The notes beneath the pieces were generated by a model. The model did not search any database and was not told the origin of the DNA. It worked only from the letters and a program-made list of their open reading frames with translations. 64,000 nucleotides of DNA. It comes from Marsupella aquatica. Lineage: Eukaryota > Plantae > Marchantiophyta. Position 1 is the first letter of the stretch. Each line of letters starts with the position of its first letter. The stretch covers positions 17,032,058 through 17,096,057 of the forward strand of contig OZ316897.1 of NCBI GenBank assembly GCA_973895155.1, written 5' to 3'. This document shows, in pieces, positions 41,464 through 54,247 of this stretch. The position numbers were made by a program, and so were the translations under genes.

Positions 41464-42956
41464 TCATTTGCTTGACTTAGTTCGTTTCAAGAAAGGGTGG
41501 TTTAGAAGTTGCTCGCACGTCCACCTGGCCTCGGGGTCTTTTATGAAGCATTTTTTAAGGAAATCAATGCATTCGGGTGAGAGACGTTTGAAGATTTTGG
41601 GAATCTCGGGGGAGTGCACAATTCGTTCGGGCCCTGTTTCTGGCGACAGGAAAGACTTTAATTCTGGAGTCACTGGAGGCTTTCCGGTAATCATCTGAAC
41701 AACTGTACATCCCAATGACCAGACGTCAGCAGAAAGCCCTTGCCCTAGTCTTCTATGCACCTCTGGCGCCATCCAGGCTTTAGTACCTGCTCGAGAGACG
41801 GAAGTACGCTTCTCGCCGGGATTTTCCTCGATGCGTTTCGAAACTCCAAAATCTGAAATCTTCAAGTTAGGTTTCCCCATCAGAATGTTAGATCCCTTGA
41901 TATCGCAATGGACTATGTTCTTTGAGTGAAGGTATGCTAGTCCACTCAGAATCTGCTTCGTGTAGTTTCGGATGACGCTTTCTTTCATCATCTTCTTGTC
42001 CTTAAGACAGTCTTTGATCTCATCTGAAAGAGTTCCTCCTTTAATGTATGGTAGATATATTTCGGTCACCATTGGTTCCAATTTTGATCGAGTAGCACCA
42101 GTCGGTGCCTTTAGGGTTACAGGTACCCTGCACTCGCCCATGTACTCGATGATATACGGAGAATTGAGCTGCTTCAGAAGATCTGCTTCCTTCGTCAGGC
42201 TCTTGAGTGCTCCTCGTCTCGACGGTTTAGCGCACTTGACAGCAAAATGCACCTTGTTGGCTTTAGAGTAGCACAAATGGACCACTGAAAAGCTTCCCTC
42301 CCCCAAAATTTTGAAGTCGTACACTGGATGCCATTGGCCAGCTCCCGTGTGACTTCTGCGAGCATCCTACAAATCCAGTCATAGAAACAGTGTACCAATT
42401 AATGACATGAGATTGGTTAGAGTTCTCTGACTGCACAATCACTACTGACATAATTGTTCACTTTTTGCATTAATGTCCGTGAGATGTTAATCGATCAGGA
42501 ATACCATACTTGAGTCTCCAAATGTGAAATCAATTTAGTTGATTATCCAGCATATCATTATATATCCAAATGCTGTATCAATGTCCTGCAACCAGGATAT
42601 GGAATTTGAACTCATTGAAATGTCCTGTATTGCTCTACAGCTTGATTTTTAAGTCAGACATTTGTTCAGCTTACCCAAGAAAACCGTTTCCGAGTGCTGG
42701 CTCTCCAGGAGCTTTCATCATAGTCAGAATCTGTATCACTCTCCCATCCTGTGTCCTCACCTGAATAGTAATACTCGCTCTTTGAATCTATACTGCTGCT
42801 GCTATCATCATAATAAGTATCATCACTATCGGAACCGGAACTCGAACTGGAGCTCGAACCGCCGCTGCGCGTTTCATCGTCTCCGCACGAATCCCGACTG
42901 ATGCTTTTAGAATAATGATCCAGGTCCTCACGTTTTCGCTTGCGCCCGAGCAACAT
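41464..42956 (-). CDS. MAP kinase kinase kinase (STE11/MEKK-like, HCD-type as in MAPKKK15-21); exons 42956-42675 and 42366-41464
   Basis: LGEGSFSVV, FAVK, HCDIKGSN, DFG, GTKAWMAPE, DVWSLGCTVVQMITGKPP, RWTCEQLLNHPF. A phase-0 GT-AG intron (42674-42367) joins a basic/Ser/acidic N-terminal exon in frame (FSW|DARR). The start ATG is inferred. Confidence 0.9.
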
Positions 42957-45703
42957 TTTCTCATCAACCTCAGGCTCCAATTTTGCACCCTGTCTGCCCT
43001 TAGCTATCGTGTCTACAAGTACGCGACGTAAAGGTTACACTTCTGAAGTTGGAGTTCTTCACAAACGCTTTAATGCCTCAAAGAAATCGTCGCGTGCAGG
43101 TTCTTCCCAGTAGAACAATGGAACTTTCGATGGATCAAAAGCTCGGTGTGAGAAAGCAAAAGCAAGACTCGTCCTCTTAAATACCTAGCGAGAGTCGTTC
43201 GAGCTTTAAACTAGGGTGCTGGTAGATCGACCGTCATCAGTCAGGTTCTCGTCACGGTCTCTCATCAGTTGGTACTTGCCATCTGTAAAACGTGTCAATA
43301 GGCAGTTGCAATTCAATCTCATGCAAGAGATGCAGTTTGCTCTACATGGTCCAAACAAATGAATCTCCAAATTTTTGGCAGCAATTCTAACTTCGACCTT
43401 AGGTATCTCGAGAATATAGACAGTCCAACACAGCTCGATTAGAATTCCAAACCATCCAGACCGGACGAAAACCTAAATGATTTTCTTCTACATGGATCTC
43501 CTATTTGTTTTAGTTAGAAACACTTCGAGCTGAAACTATACAACAGCCAAGCTTTTCCTTGCATACTGCGCATCGATTTCCCTCACTACGAGAACTTGTC
43601 CAAAGACTAAAACCTGCTCAGCAATGGTTCGATAGACGGATCAGCCACGTAGCAGATGGTCTATCGAATTCGAACGAAGAAGGGCTGGTAAAAGTAAACA
43701 ACTGGATTGAATGCCTGATCAGAGCTCAACATTGTACAAAGATGGCAGACTCGATCTTTCCCAGCCAAGTACAAGTGAATCGGGACAATCTACCCAACCA
43801 TTGGTGTGGCATCTACAACAATCTGGTAAGCTAGAACGGCATCGATCTCCCGTAAATCAACCCAGAGGAGTTGTTGAAGAATCTACAACGCCCGGCTCCA
43901 ATCCAGGCAGGTCTGGTCCGGCAAAGCCATTTGACTCGAAAGTGGTTACTCTAACCATCAATAGACTCGAGCGAGCTCTAGTCATGTCTTGCACACCAGG
44001 GAAAGGGCTGGCACGTACGTACTGACTAGGTAAGCTGAGTAGAGAAGTTTAACAATATCAAAGGCAGCGCGCTGCAGTGTCTATTCACATACTTCCCTCA
44101 GAACGGCGTGTTCCAGTCTTGTTTATCCTCAGAGCAGTCTTCCAGGTTCGAGGAGGAGCCGGGGAGGATCGACAAATGAAGCAGGCCAAACTGGAAAAGA
44201 GAGAACGGAAGAAGTTGTGTGGGTTGTCGGTGCATCTGTTCTCAACACCACCATTCTTTTTTATCCCTACAAACACAAAAACAACTTGCGAAGTGAGAAT
44301 TTCTGTTAACCAAAAACCACCTCTAAAAGTTTTTCCGATTTTACTTTGGATGCAAACCAGCGCGCTCACCGTACTATGTTCTGACTCCCAAACCCGCTCC
44401 CAAAGCTATGAGTCTTAACGGAGGAACAACTTAACCAATGCTATCCGCTTGTTGGAACCGGTAAGACCCATTTCTCCTACATTAGACTCAAAAATCCCCA
44501 ATTTACCGTATCGGGATGCATGGAGGGACACCAATCCATCAAGATCATATCAACCTGCACCAAATCACGAGTACTATTTTCCTCCGCTCTCGGAAAACGA
44601 CTTTCCAGGTTTCAGTGGGCTCACCCAGAAATCTCTCCCCGGAGCCGCTGACTATCATCAGTCAGGTTATTCGACCACAGCCGAAAAACTTCAGTGCGCC
44701 CCAGGACTTCCTCATTGATGAGCTCCTTAGGCACGGCCTGCCCTAAACTCGGAGCTTCTCCCTCATGTACCTGCAGCGCTACTAGGGGCATGGGTGGTCC
44801 GGGCTGGTAGTGCTCGGCCTCGGTCTTCTCTGAAAAATGCGAGCACACCGCAGCCACTCTAATCCGATCCATAATGAATCGAATTGACACTTGACGGACA
44901 CGCAAATTATGAGCTATGGCTACTTGTCCCCTAGTCTTGCTTCGAAGGGTGGAAATTCATGGAAGCAACTGCTGTCCCATCTGTCCAGGAAACAGATGAG
45001 AAGGATCGTCATTCCTTTGTAACGCTATCATGCTTGAGCTGTAGATGCGCGTAGAATCATTCTCTCTACGTTGAAACAACTTCTTCAGACAACATTGGTG
45101 AAGGTCACACTACCTGCTCAAGAGTGCTGGATAAGCTGAAGCTACAATTATACCAGCCTCAGCGGCTCATTGAGAACTAAAATCACTGGGTACAATTTGT
45201 CAATCTGCTGTAGCGTGGTGAAGACATGCCGCAGACGTTTGGCATTCAGCATCGCGACGCCATCATCGCAGTACAACTGTTGGCATCATCATCGATCATC
45301 CGGTATATTGTACAGATTATCGAGGATGCCTGATAATGCAGGGATTCTTCTCCATCCGCAAGCGGCAAATTGATATTAAAGGCCACTATAGTCATGAGAC
45401 CTAAACGAATTTACCATCAAGATCCCTCTTGCCACCACCTTCACGTACATCAGCCTCGCATCCCTCCCTTATCAAACCAACAAATAAAGCTCCAAAGCTA
45501 ATTTGACCACGGCCCATTCCCTTCACTGCATAGTAATCAATCAGAAGTCCATCGCCTAGTATGAAGATATCGATTGACGTCGGGTGGACCTCGCCGACCC
45601 TAGGAACTGTAAATCCGTCGTTGTTTTAGTTTCACCACGCTTTTCTCCAACCATTTTCGTCGTAGGGATAGTAGAAGGAGTGGAACTGACTGCTCTCCAT
45701 CAC

Positions 45704-46139
45704 TGTCACAATGCCCACCAGCATTATACATATATCACAGTAGGGATCCCTTTCATCCCAAAGGCAAAGCTGAAGATCCCAAAGGCAAAGCTGATGATCC
45801 CAAAGGCAAAGCTGATCCCAAAGGCAAAGCAACCCAACCCAATGAAAGGGATGAAAAGAGGGGAAATGACCCCAAGAAAAACAAGCCCAGGGTCCCAACC
45901 AAAAGCCAACAAAGAACAAGGACCAAAAAGTAACCACCAACAAAGGACAAGGACCAAAAAGTAACCAGCAACCAACAAGGACTAAAAAGTAACCAACAAA
46001 GGAGTTGTGAAGGCTAACACCCTACAGAAGGGAGAACTGAAAAGCATAGGAGGGTCACCAAGTGGAACCTGTCAGGAGTCCCTAAAACCAACGGCCTCAG
46101 CCCTATGAAGAAAGGTGAATGCATTATACAACTCCTTGG
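45704..46139. repeat. Repeat-rich segment, possibly an older solo LTR (continuing at 55750-55789) into which copy 2 inserted
   Basis: Seen: atcccaaaggcaaagctga x4 (45755-45830) and acaaggaccaaaaagtaacca x3 (45915-46000). Inferred: tgtcaca...taataaca termini with tcac/tcat flanks. Confidence 0.45.
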
Positions 46140-46317
46140 TGTCGTGACATATAGTATCGTAGCCATATAGTGTATCGAAAACATACAAGTCACCAGCAAT
46201 GCATATGTGCAAGCTGCTAGCAACCAACATGCATAGAAAAAGTCCAATCACATTCACAAGTGCCAAGAAAAAGCAACTGAGGTGGTATGTACATAGTGGA
46301 GGTGTAAACCTCTGTAT
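46140..46317 (-). repeat. Terminal repeat B2 (178 bp)
   Basis: About 3 mismatches to B1 (46682-46859) by eye. Confidence 0.95.
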
Positions 46318-46679
46318 ATAAAAGGCGTGATAGAAACAAACGTACTGAAATCGAATCGAAAACCGGCGAGATGCCAAGATCGGCCGGGAGCATCTAACGA
46401 ATAACTGTGTGAATTCCGTGTACGGAACCGACGAGCAGCCTCTGAAAAACTCTGTCTCACAGTGATTCAAGAAGAACTGAAGAACGGCAAAGAAAAACAT
46501 GCCCTAAGTAGCACCGGGTCCAGGCGTCACACTAACAAACCCCTTTTGCTTCAAGAACAGCCCAGACTCGCTACAAGAACATGACACTAACTCAAGTAGT
46601 ACACTAGCCCTAACCATACCTAGCGGGCATGCGAGGGACATGCCGATGTGCACAAGCGGCACTGTCCCTCGGCATGACA
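46318..46679 (-). repeat. Terminal repeat A2 (362 bp)
   Basis: About 7 mismatches to A1 (55384-55745) by eye. Confidence 0.95.
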
Positions 46680-46681
46680 GT

Positions 46682-46859
46682 TGTCGTGACATATAGTATC
46701 GTAGCCATATAGTGTATCGAAAACATACAAGTCACCAGCAATGCATATGTGCAAGCTGCTAGCAACCAACATGCATAGAAAAAGTCCAATCACATTCACA
46801 AGTGCCAAAAAAAAGCAACTGAGGTGGTATGTACGTAGTGGAGGTGTAAACCTTTGTAT
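46682..46859 (-). repeat. Terminal repeat B1 (178 bp), directly after the PPT
   Basis: Separated from A2 by 2 bp (+ strand gaca-gt-tgtc). Confidence 0.95.
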
Positions 46860-46866
46860 CCCCCCC
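46860..46866 (-). other. Polypurine tract (G7)
   Basis: GGGGGGG 32 bp after the pol stop and abutting B1; same arrangement in copy 1 (7278-7284). Confidence 0.75.
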
Positions 46867-46898
46867 AGACCACAGCCAAAAGGAGGGCTGAAGAAAAG

Positions 46899-49800
46899 TC
46901 AGATAGCACGTGGAGCACAGGAAGGGCAAAACCATAACCCTTCTGGCACCTGGGTAAGTTCAGGCCGAGGGCAGAAAAGATGGTACCCTCCATTGCAATT
47001 GTCACACAGCAGCATCTGGTCAGCATCATCAATTCGCAAACACACTTTGCAAGGGTAGTCCACAAGTGGAATCCAAGTAGAAGTCACAATGGTGGGATCC
47101 AGGTTAGGCAGATGACAAGGGGCGCAATTCTTGGCATTGTCAACAATTGTGCGCCCATCTGCCCCTTGTAACTCTAGCACTCCAGACGGTCGAATAGCTT
47201 TGACCCTGAGAATAGTGCGACTGGTAGAGGTGTCCAGGGTGTCGTTAGCTTGCCGCTGCAAGTACACAAAATCTCCCACTTCAAACTTCCTGACCTTGGG
47301 CTGAAAAGTGCCCCCTCGTGTGTGTGCATAACGCAGTGTGTCCCTGTGTTGTGCAATGGCCAAATTCTCCATGGCCATGGGCATAACCCTCCTGAATAGG
47401 GCAGCCCTCTCAGAGATCACATCAGACCAAGTCACAGCTGAATCAAAGTCCACCACCTGAAGCATGTGAGAAGCAATAGCAGAAGGTGGAACTGGGTGAC
47501 GACCAAACAACAAGAAGTAGGGAGAAAAGTTAGACAGTGATGCATGTCTGGACATCCTATACCCCATGGCAATGTAGGGTAAGGCCAGGTCCCAATCCTC
47601 CTTGTTTTTGGTGAGGCAGATCTTCCGAAGGCCCTTCTTGCATGTCTGAACCATGCGCTCTGCCAAGCCATCTGCCTGTGGGTGATCTCGTGATGTCCGG
47701 CGATGATCAATGAGAGCCTGATCAAGCAACTCCTGGAACTCCCCTCTGAACTCTGATCCTTGGTCAGTGAGACATTCTGCACAAGCTCCAAAGCGGCTGA
47801 GAACTTGTTGCAAGAATGTTTGGCTAGTGCTATGGGAGATCTTATCCGGCAATGCCACAAGTTCTATCCACTTGGAGAAATGCTCTATCATGATCATGAT
47901 GTAGAGATTACCCCGAGATGTGAGGGGTAATTCTCCAGCCAAATCACATGACCAACGATAAAACATGCCCTGAATAGGGAGTGGATGAAGTGTGGGTTGC
48001 CGAGATGTGAAAGAAGTCCTTACCCTATCACACTGTTCACACCGGGCAATAACATCTTGAACCTGGCCATGCATGCCTCTCCAATGATAATGGGGGACTA
48101 AGAGGCTATAAGTCCTCTTAACACCAAAATGACCAAGCTCAGAATGTACCTTACGGATAAGGCCAACCCTCTCATGAATGGGTGGAACCACCACTTCCCT
48201 GTCTGGCAGGCAGCGCACAAGATGATCTCCCTTCCACAAGTAGCGCTTGGACCTTTGCTGAATTCGGTCTCTCTGGGCAGCAGTAACATGGGTGGGGTAC
48301 TCCCCATGCTGCAGAAATCTCAGAGTGTCGCTGTCCTCCCATATGTCCACCACAGGTTGGCCAACAATGTAGCATGGCAGCAAAGCAAGATAGGTAGATG
48401 CATGAAATGTAGGCAGGATGGAAACCTGGTCAAAATCCTGTCGTGCATCTGAGGAATCATCAGAGGTAATCAAAGGGCTACGGGACATAGTGTCAGCATT
48501 CTGATGTGTCACACCAGGCCTATGAATTACCTCAAAGTCATACTCCTGGAGTATGAGCGCCCAACGAGCAAGCTTGCCAGTAAGCTTGTCATTGGTCATC
48601 AACCACTTCAAGGGCTGGTGGTCGGTGTAGAGAACAAACCTGGTCCCATAGAGGTAGGGCCTGTAATGTATGACAGCCCACACAACAGCAAGGCATTCAC
48701 CCTCATAAGAAGAATAATGACTCTTTGCTTGGTTGTTGCTCCTGGATGCATAGGCAATGACGTACTCCTTACCTTCCTCATCATGTTGGCCCAGAATGGC
48801 ACCAATCCCAAGGGCACTCCAATCTGTGTGTAGCACAAAGACCTTGCTGAAATCAGGTCTTCTCAGCACCGGGTATTCTGAGAGCTTCTCCTTCAAAGTG
48901 GTAAATGCTGCCTCAGCATCTGTACTCCATGTCCAAGTCACATTCTTTTTCAACAAAGAGTACAATGGGTGTGCAATGGTAATGAAATCTTTGATGTAGA
49001 TTCGGTAATAATTGCACAACCCAATAAAACTCCTCAAAGTGTGAACATCGGTAGGAGTGGGCATTTCCAAGATGGATACCACCTTGGCCCAGTGAGCCAT
49101 GGTTCCATTTGGAAGAATGTGGTGCCCAAGGTATACTACTGATCTGACAGCAAATTCACACTTCTTGGGGTGTAACTTTAGGTTCACCTTCTTAAGCCTC
49201 ATGAATAGCTCCTCAAGGTCAAGTAGATGTTGGTCAAATCCTTTGCTGTGGACCAACACGTCATCAATGTAGCATTTCAGAAACTCAGCACCTTGAAGAA
49301 CCTGGTCCATGACTCTTTGGAAGAATATGGGCGCATTCTTCAAGCCAAATGGCATCACCAACCACTCCCATAGTTGGTTACTACCATGGAAAGCTGTTTT
49401 CTTGCGGTCCTTTGCAAGCAGCAAAATCTGGTTAAAGCCTTGCCTTAGATCCACAAGAGTGAAGATGTCTGAGTCTCCAATGCTGTCAAATAGCTCCTCT
49501 GGCCGTGGCATGGGGTACCTGTCTTGGGGTGTGACCAGGTTTAGTGGCCTGTAGTCCCCACACATGCGCTTCTCTGTCCACAATCCACTGGAATCCTTCT
49601 TTGCTGGCATCATTGTAGCTGCTGCAAAATCTGATGTAGATGGCTGAATAAGACCAGCTTCATAGAGCTCTTGGCACCTCTCATCCACCAGCTGCCACTC
49701 ATGCTTACTCAAACGGTGTCTCCGCCTGAAGATAGGTGTTTCATCAGCCAACTCAATGGAGAACTGCATAGTCTTGCACTTACCCAAGTCCTTCATAGAG

Positions 49801-52800
49801 AAAGCAAACACATTCTCATGCTTGAGGAGCAAATTCAGCAGCTGGTCCTTCTGTCTTTTACTCAGGTGGTTGCCCATGATGAATGTGTAGTTGGCAACAC
49901 TAGGAATAGGACCTGATATACTCGTGCTTGAAGAACCAGAAGTGCTAGCCTCTTCATTGTCCAAGCTGCTAGCATGCTGCTGATAAGGTGATGAGGCCTC
50001 TCCAAGGCCTGTTGTATCTGTTGATTTGAAGTGGTCCACACCATGAAACTCAGAAATAATGTCAGCCGCATTACAAGGGACCTCCTCCCCCCCAACACTT
50101 GGACTGAAGTGGTGAGTGTTGGACGGAGGTAAGTGCACCTGGTCTGGATGCCATGCAGCAGCACTGTGGAGTGGTAGGGCGGGAGCCCCTAATGCTTGAG
50201 GAATGTACATCTGAAAAAGGATGCAAGTGACCAGAAGCCAAGTGAGAGCATTGAGATCCATTACCCTGCCAAGTAAAGCATTCCTGGCCAGCCTGGTGAT
50301 TTTGGTGTGACCTGTAGTACCGGGTTGGAAGCCCATAGCTCGTTCTCTCTCCTCAGGACTAGGTTCATCCCATGTACCGGTAGAATGTCGATAAACCAGA
50401 CCAGGACCATCACCCTGAAAAGCATGTGCACCTGGAAAGGACACAAATGTAGGCCAAGCAGCACGGGGTTGTCCAATGGTATTGGCTGGATACCAAGGTG
50501 CTGGCTCTTGCCGTGTAACTGGTTGGCAAGAACTGTCAGGATCTAAAATCTGGTCCACTGTAAGGTTAGTGTCCCTGGATGTGTGGTGAAGAGCCATCTC
50601 CAGCAAGGAAGGTGGTGCAAGGTTAGTCCAAAAGTTACGAAGACGATGTGCATAAGAACCACAGTGCACTGCATCAATGAGAAGGGGTGGTCCCAAGTAG
50701 TGCTGGACCACACTGAAATCCTCTTTGACCCGTGGACGCTGGTCAAACTAAGATGGAGTATTCTCAATGATATAACCAACAGCAGGATAAAGGGATTGAG
50801 CCCAGGTGAGAATCTGAACCAATGCTATGAAAAGGCCAGAACGAGAATCATGCAGTCTAGCACCGTGACCATCAACTGAAAACCCTTGGCATTCCCAACC
50901 AGCTATGATCAAATCAAGGGAGCCAAGAAGGGTTAAGTGCCGGTGCTGGACAAGCTGGATATCTAGAGGGAAGAAAGAAAATGCAGACTTCCATGCACTA
51001 TGTGGAAACTGCTGGGGAAATCGCTCTGAAAATTCCAGCAGACGGGATTCAGCCACTTGCCTTGCACTTGGATCAATATCCACATAGATGTACTGCTTCA
51101 CCACCATGTCAGACTTTAGGAGAGCTTCCAGGCCTGTAGAAATGCCACCAAAAAGCTCAAGCAATGTAAGGCCATCTGAAGGAGGAGTCCATGTAACTGG
51201 TGCGCTCAAGATTGGGGCTATTGGTTGTCCATTATGCTGCCCAAGGTCCTCAAATTTGTGCAATGCAGCCACCAAAGGTCCATGGGCTGCTTGGAGCCGT
51301 TGTACCACCTCTGGTTGATGATCCACGTTGCTGGAAAGTGCTGCTATACGTGCAGTAGCATGTGCAGTAGCCACCTCATCATCATCCTCCTCAATCCAAT
51401 CCTGCAATGGGTGGTTGACATAGGTAGCTGTGTGCACTGCTTTCAACACACAGTGGTGAGCCATAGGGGTATGGGCACCATGCAAATCAAGTGGAATGTA
51501 TCCCAAGTGTGAGCCATCCGTATGCCAATCAACTCTGTAGTATGCATGCTCATGCCAGTTGTCAATGGTAAAACCTGGTGGGAACAAAGCCTCCTGGCCA
51601 ATGAGCACATCATACGTAGTGGCATTGGTAACCAAACATCTAACTGGGAAATGCAGTTCCTGATCTGTACCTCCATTAAAAGTGAGAGTGAGTAAAGTAG
51701 AACTCTCACCCAGCACATCCTCCACAGTGCCACTAGCAGTCCGAATGTGCCACCTGGATTGCTGTAAATGATCAGTCAGCAATCCCATCTTCTTGGCAAA
51801 CTGAATGCCCAAGATTACTGGTTGAGCGCCTGTGTCTAGCATGACCACCTGAGGAGTGTGACCCTCCAACTTGACTGCTGAATTCCTATTGTCAACAATG
51901 GCAATGGTGGTGGAAACTAAAGTCTAGTCACTAGGCACCACTTTTGGCAAATGATGAGGTACCTTGTGAAGGGAGTTAGTGTCCATGGTCTTCCCACTCA
52001 ACAGCATAGCCAGGAAAGATGAAGCAGCATGACCAGAATCAAGTGTAGCTCTGGTCACACAATCTGTAGCAATACTGTCATCTCTACCACTGGAAATCGG
52101 TACTGGGATAGCCAAACCAGTGGAAGCATGCAATGAAGAAGAAGAAGGTCCAGTATATACATGAGATTGGACCTCCAAAACCGGTGTCACAGGGGCTGAT
52201 GAAGAATGCAGTGAGCCCTCTAGCGCTCTGATGACAGCTCTAGCATCCAGCTGTAAATCATGGCAACTGAAAAGTGGAGTGGTAAGAATCCTTTGTGCCA
52301 TACCGGAGGTGAAATGCTCAAGCAACTCAGGAAAAACAACTCCCTATGAAATGTCAGCAGCACCTGGTGGTGGAATGGATGTAGCTGCAGCTCCCTCCCC
52401 CCTCGCCAACAAGGTGCGCTCTTCAGCAAGTGTGAGGGGCTGAAAAGATTGGGGCATGACAGCCCGAGCTCCCCTGGCTCTAGTCATAGGACCAGCAGCA
52501 AGACCATCAGCCTGTACAATGCGGCGTGTGGGAGCAATACGGGAGGCAGCACTGGCCTGCTGGTAAGCAAAATAGGAAGGGCAGAATGAATCTGAAAATT
52601 CTGCTGTAAGGCCAGGCTATGTAGCAGAGGACAGCACACACTCACCCATATGAGCATCAAATGGCAAGCCATAGAAAGAGCGGGGTAGAGGTGCTGAACT
52701 ATCAGTGGTGCCTGGGCCAGGGATGGGTTGCACATGACCAACCGGTTGAGAAGGACCAGCAGAGGCAGTGGACTTGCCTTTGATGTTGGCAAGTTGGGCA

Positions 52801-54247
52801 CGTAAGGACTCAACCTCATGAATTAGAGACTGGAGTTGAGTTGCCTGTGCGTTGTGAGCCTCCTTCTGAGCTGGTTGCTTCTGTTGCTGCTTGGGCAATT
52901 TGTTAGCACTGGATGCTTTGCCATTGGAAGGAGGAGCAACTGATGCAGTAGGAGCCCTCCTAGCTGGTGGGGGAGTGGAAGCAGGAGTAGGATGAGGGGT
53001 CTGCTATTGTAGCTGCTTCCTCTCTGGGAATTTGGCAAAGCAAACTACCTCCAAGTGGCCCACTTTTCTGCAAAAATTACAAGACAGGTCCTCAGCAACA
53101 ATATCACATTCATTAGCCTTGTGATTGGGGTTACCACAGTAGTTGCAAGATGGCAGCATGAGAGCAGCATGGGCTGGCTTGGTCTTGGAACCATACTGTG
53201 CCACACGGGAAGGGGTGGCCAGTGTAGGGGCAGCAGCCTGGTACCTGGATCACGGTGGACGCGCAATACTGGCCTCATAATGTGCATGGGCCAACTCAAG
53301 TTTCTCAGCAGTGTCATAGACATTGAGCAGGGTGTAGCTGTCTCCAAACTCTAAGAATACTTGCTGCAACACTTGCGAATGGAGAGCTGGTGGTCAATGA
53401 TGCTCTGGGTGTCCTCCTTCAGCTTGAGAAGCCGACGATACATCATCTTCAATGTTTCATCACGCTGCCTCACAAAGGTGGCCAATTGCATGATTTTGTC
53501 AGCACTCTTGATGGGGAATTCCAATTCAAGAACCTGGAAAAACTCAGCCACTGGATCAGCAAAGGCAGGGGAATCAATGGTGGGAGAAATGCCTGATGTA
53601 GCCTGTGCCAAGATAGTGGGAGTAACTGGCGCAGTGGTAGGAACTGGAGTAGGAGGGGAAGTGGCAGGAGCAGCAGCATGGGCTGCAATGGCATTCTGTA
53701 ATGCCATTTGTGAGGCAGCCGCAATTGCACTGGCATAGGCAGGGTTAGGCAATTATGTGACAGCAAGCAGCCATTGAGAGTGCTGCTCATACACATCCAA
53801 AGCCTCATGGTGCACATACCTAGCTAGCTGCTTGAATGCAAAAGCATTTGTGAAATTGCTGCCGTACTTCAACTCCAATTTGTAAACGATAGTGTAGAAA
53901 GTGGATTTGAACTCACGTAAAGAGACAGTGCCTGGCCGCCCGCTGAAGCGCTCAATGCGGCCAGATGAGTGACTGGCATCCATGTTGTATGTCGGTGAAG
54001 CTGGAACAATCATTGATGCAGAAGGAGAAAAAGGCAAAGAAGTGATAGCAGGCTTCGGGGTAGAGGTGAAGCGACCGCCAAATGTAGCAGAAGGGTTGCG
54101 TGGTGTGGGTGCTGCTGCTGTCTGCTTACGTCGTCAAAATTGCCGAGACTCCAATGAAATTGGCACCAACGGTCGTGGATCACTCCGCAAGTGGTACCTG
54201 GGTGTTGGTGGCGATGAGCTGCTACGAGTCGGCTCCTCTGCTGACAT
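46899..54247 (-). pseudogene. gag-pol: Single gag-pol ORF (~2450 codons): Gag with two CCHC knuckles, aspartic protease, C5-cytosine methyltransferase (~50240-51170), RT, RNase H, DDE integrase, PHD finger (~46914-47051)
   Basis: CNYCGNPNHKANEC and CNFCRKVGHLEVVC; MLDTGA; LLELFGGI, GWECQGFS, IIENTP, HRLRNFWTN, LLGRVM; CYIDDVLV; HTDWS/EGEC/YTDH; WSCD, LTDQGSEF, GLAER; CKVC...CDNCNGGYHLFC...WFCPSC. Eight in-frame stops and one frameshift (~53210), all 5' of 50747. Confidence 0.95.

Noticed and set aside
43400-45400. Possible decayed retroelement or gene fragments (short ORFs at 43559-44905)
   Set aside because: No recognisable domain, termini or TSD.
45584-46005. ORFs with repeated IPKAKL / LCLWD peptides; superficially CRISPR-like repeats
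   Set aside because: Translations of short tandem repeats without unique spacers, in a eukaryotic context with no cas genes.
46140-46679. Reading A2-B2 as an ordinary 540-bp 3' LTR or as an independent solo LTR next to the element
   Set aside because: The 5' end has only A, an extra B lies between the PPT and A2, and the TTGG TSD encloses the entire 46140-55745 unit rather than either part.
51924-51926. TAG between gag and protease as a programmed readthrough codon
   Set aside because: It is one of six TAG stops in this copy, others of which are demonstrably CAG mutations; the region is deleted in copy 1, so it cannot be confirmed.
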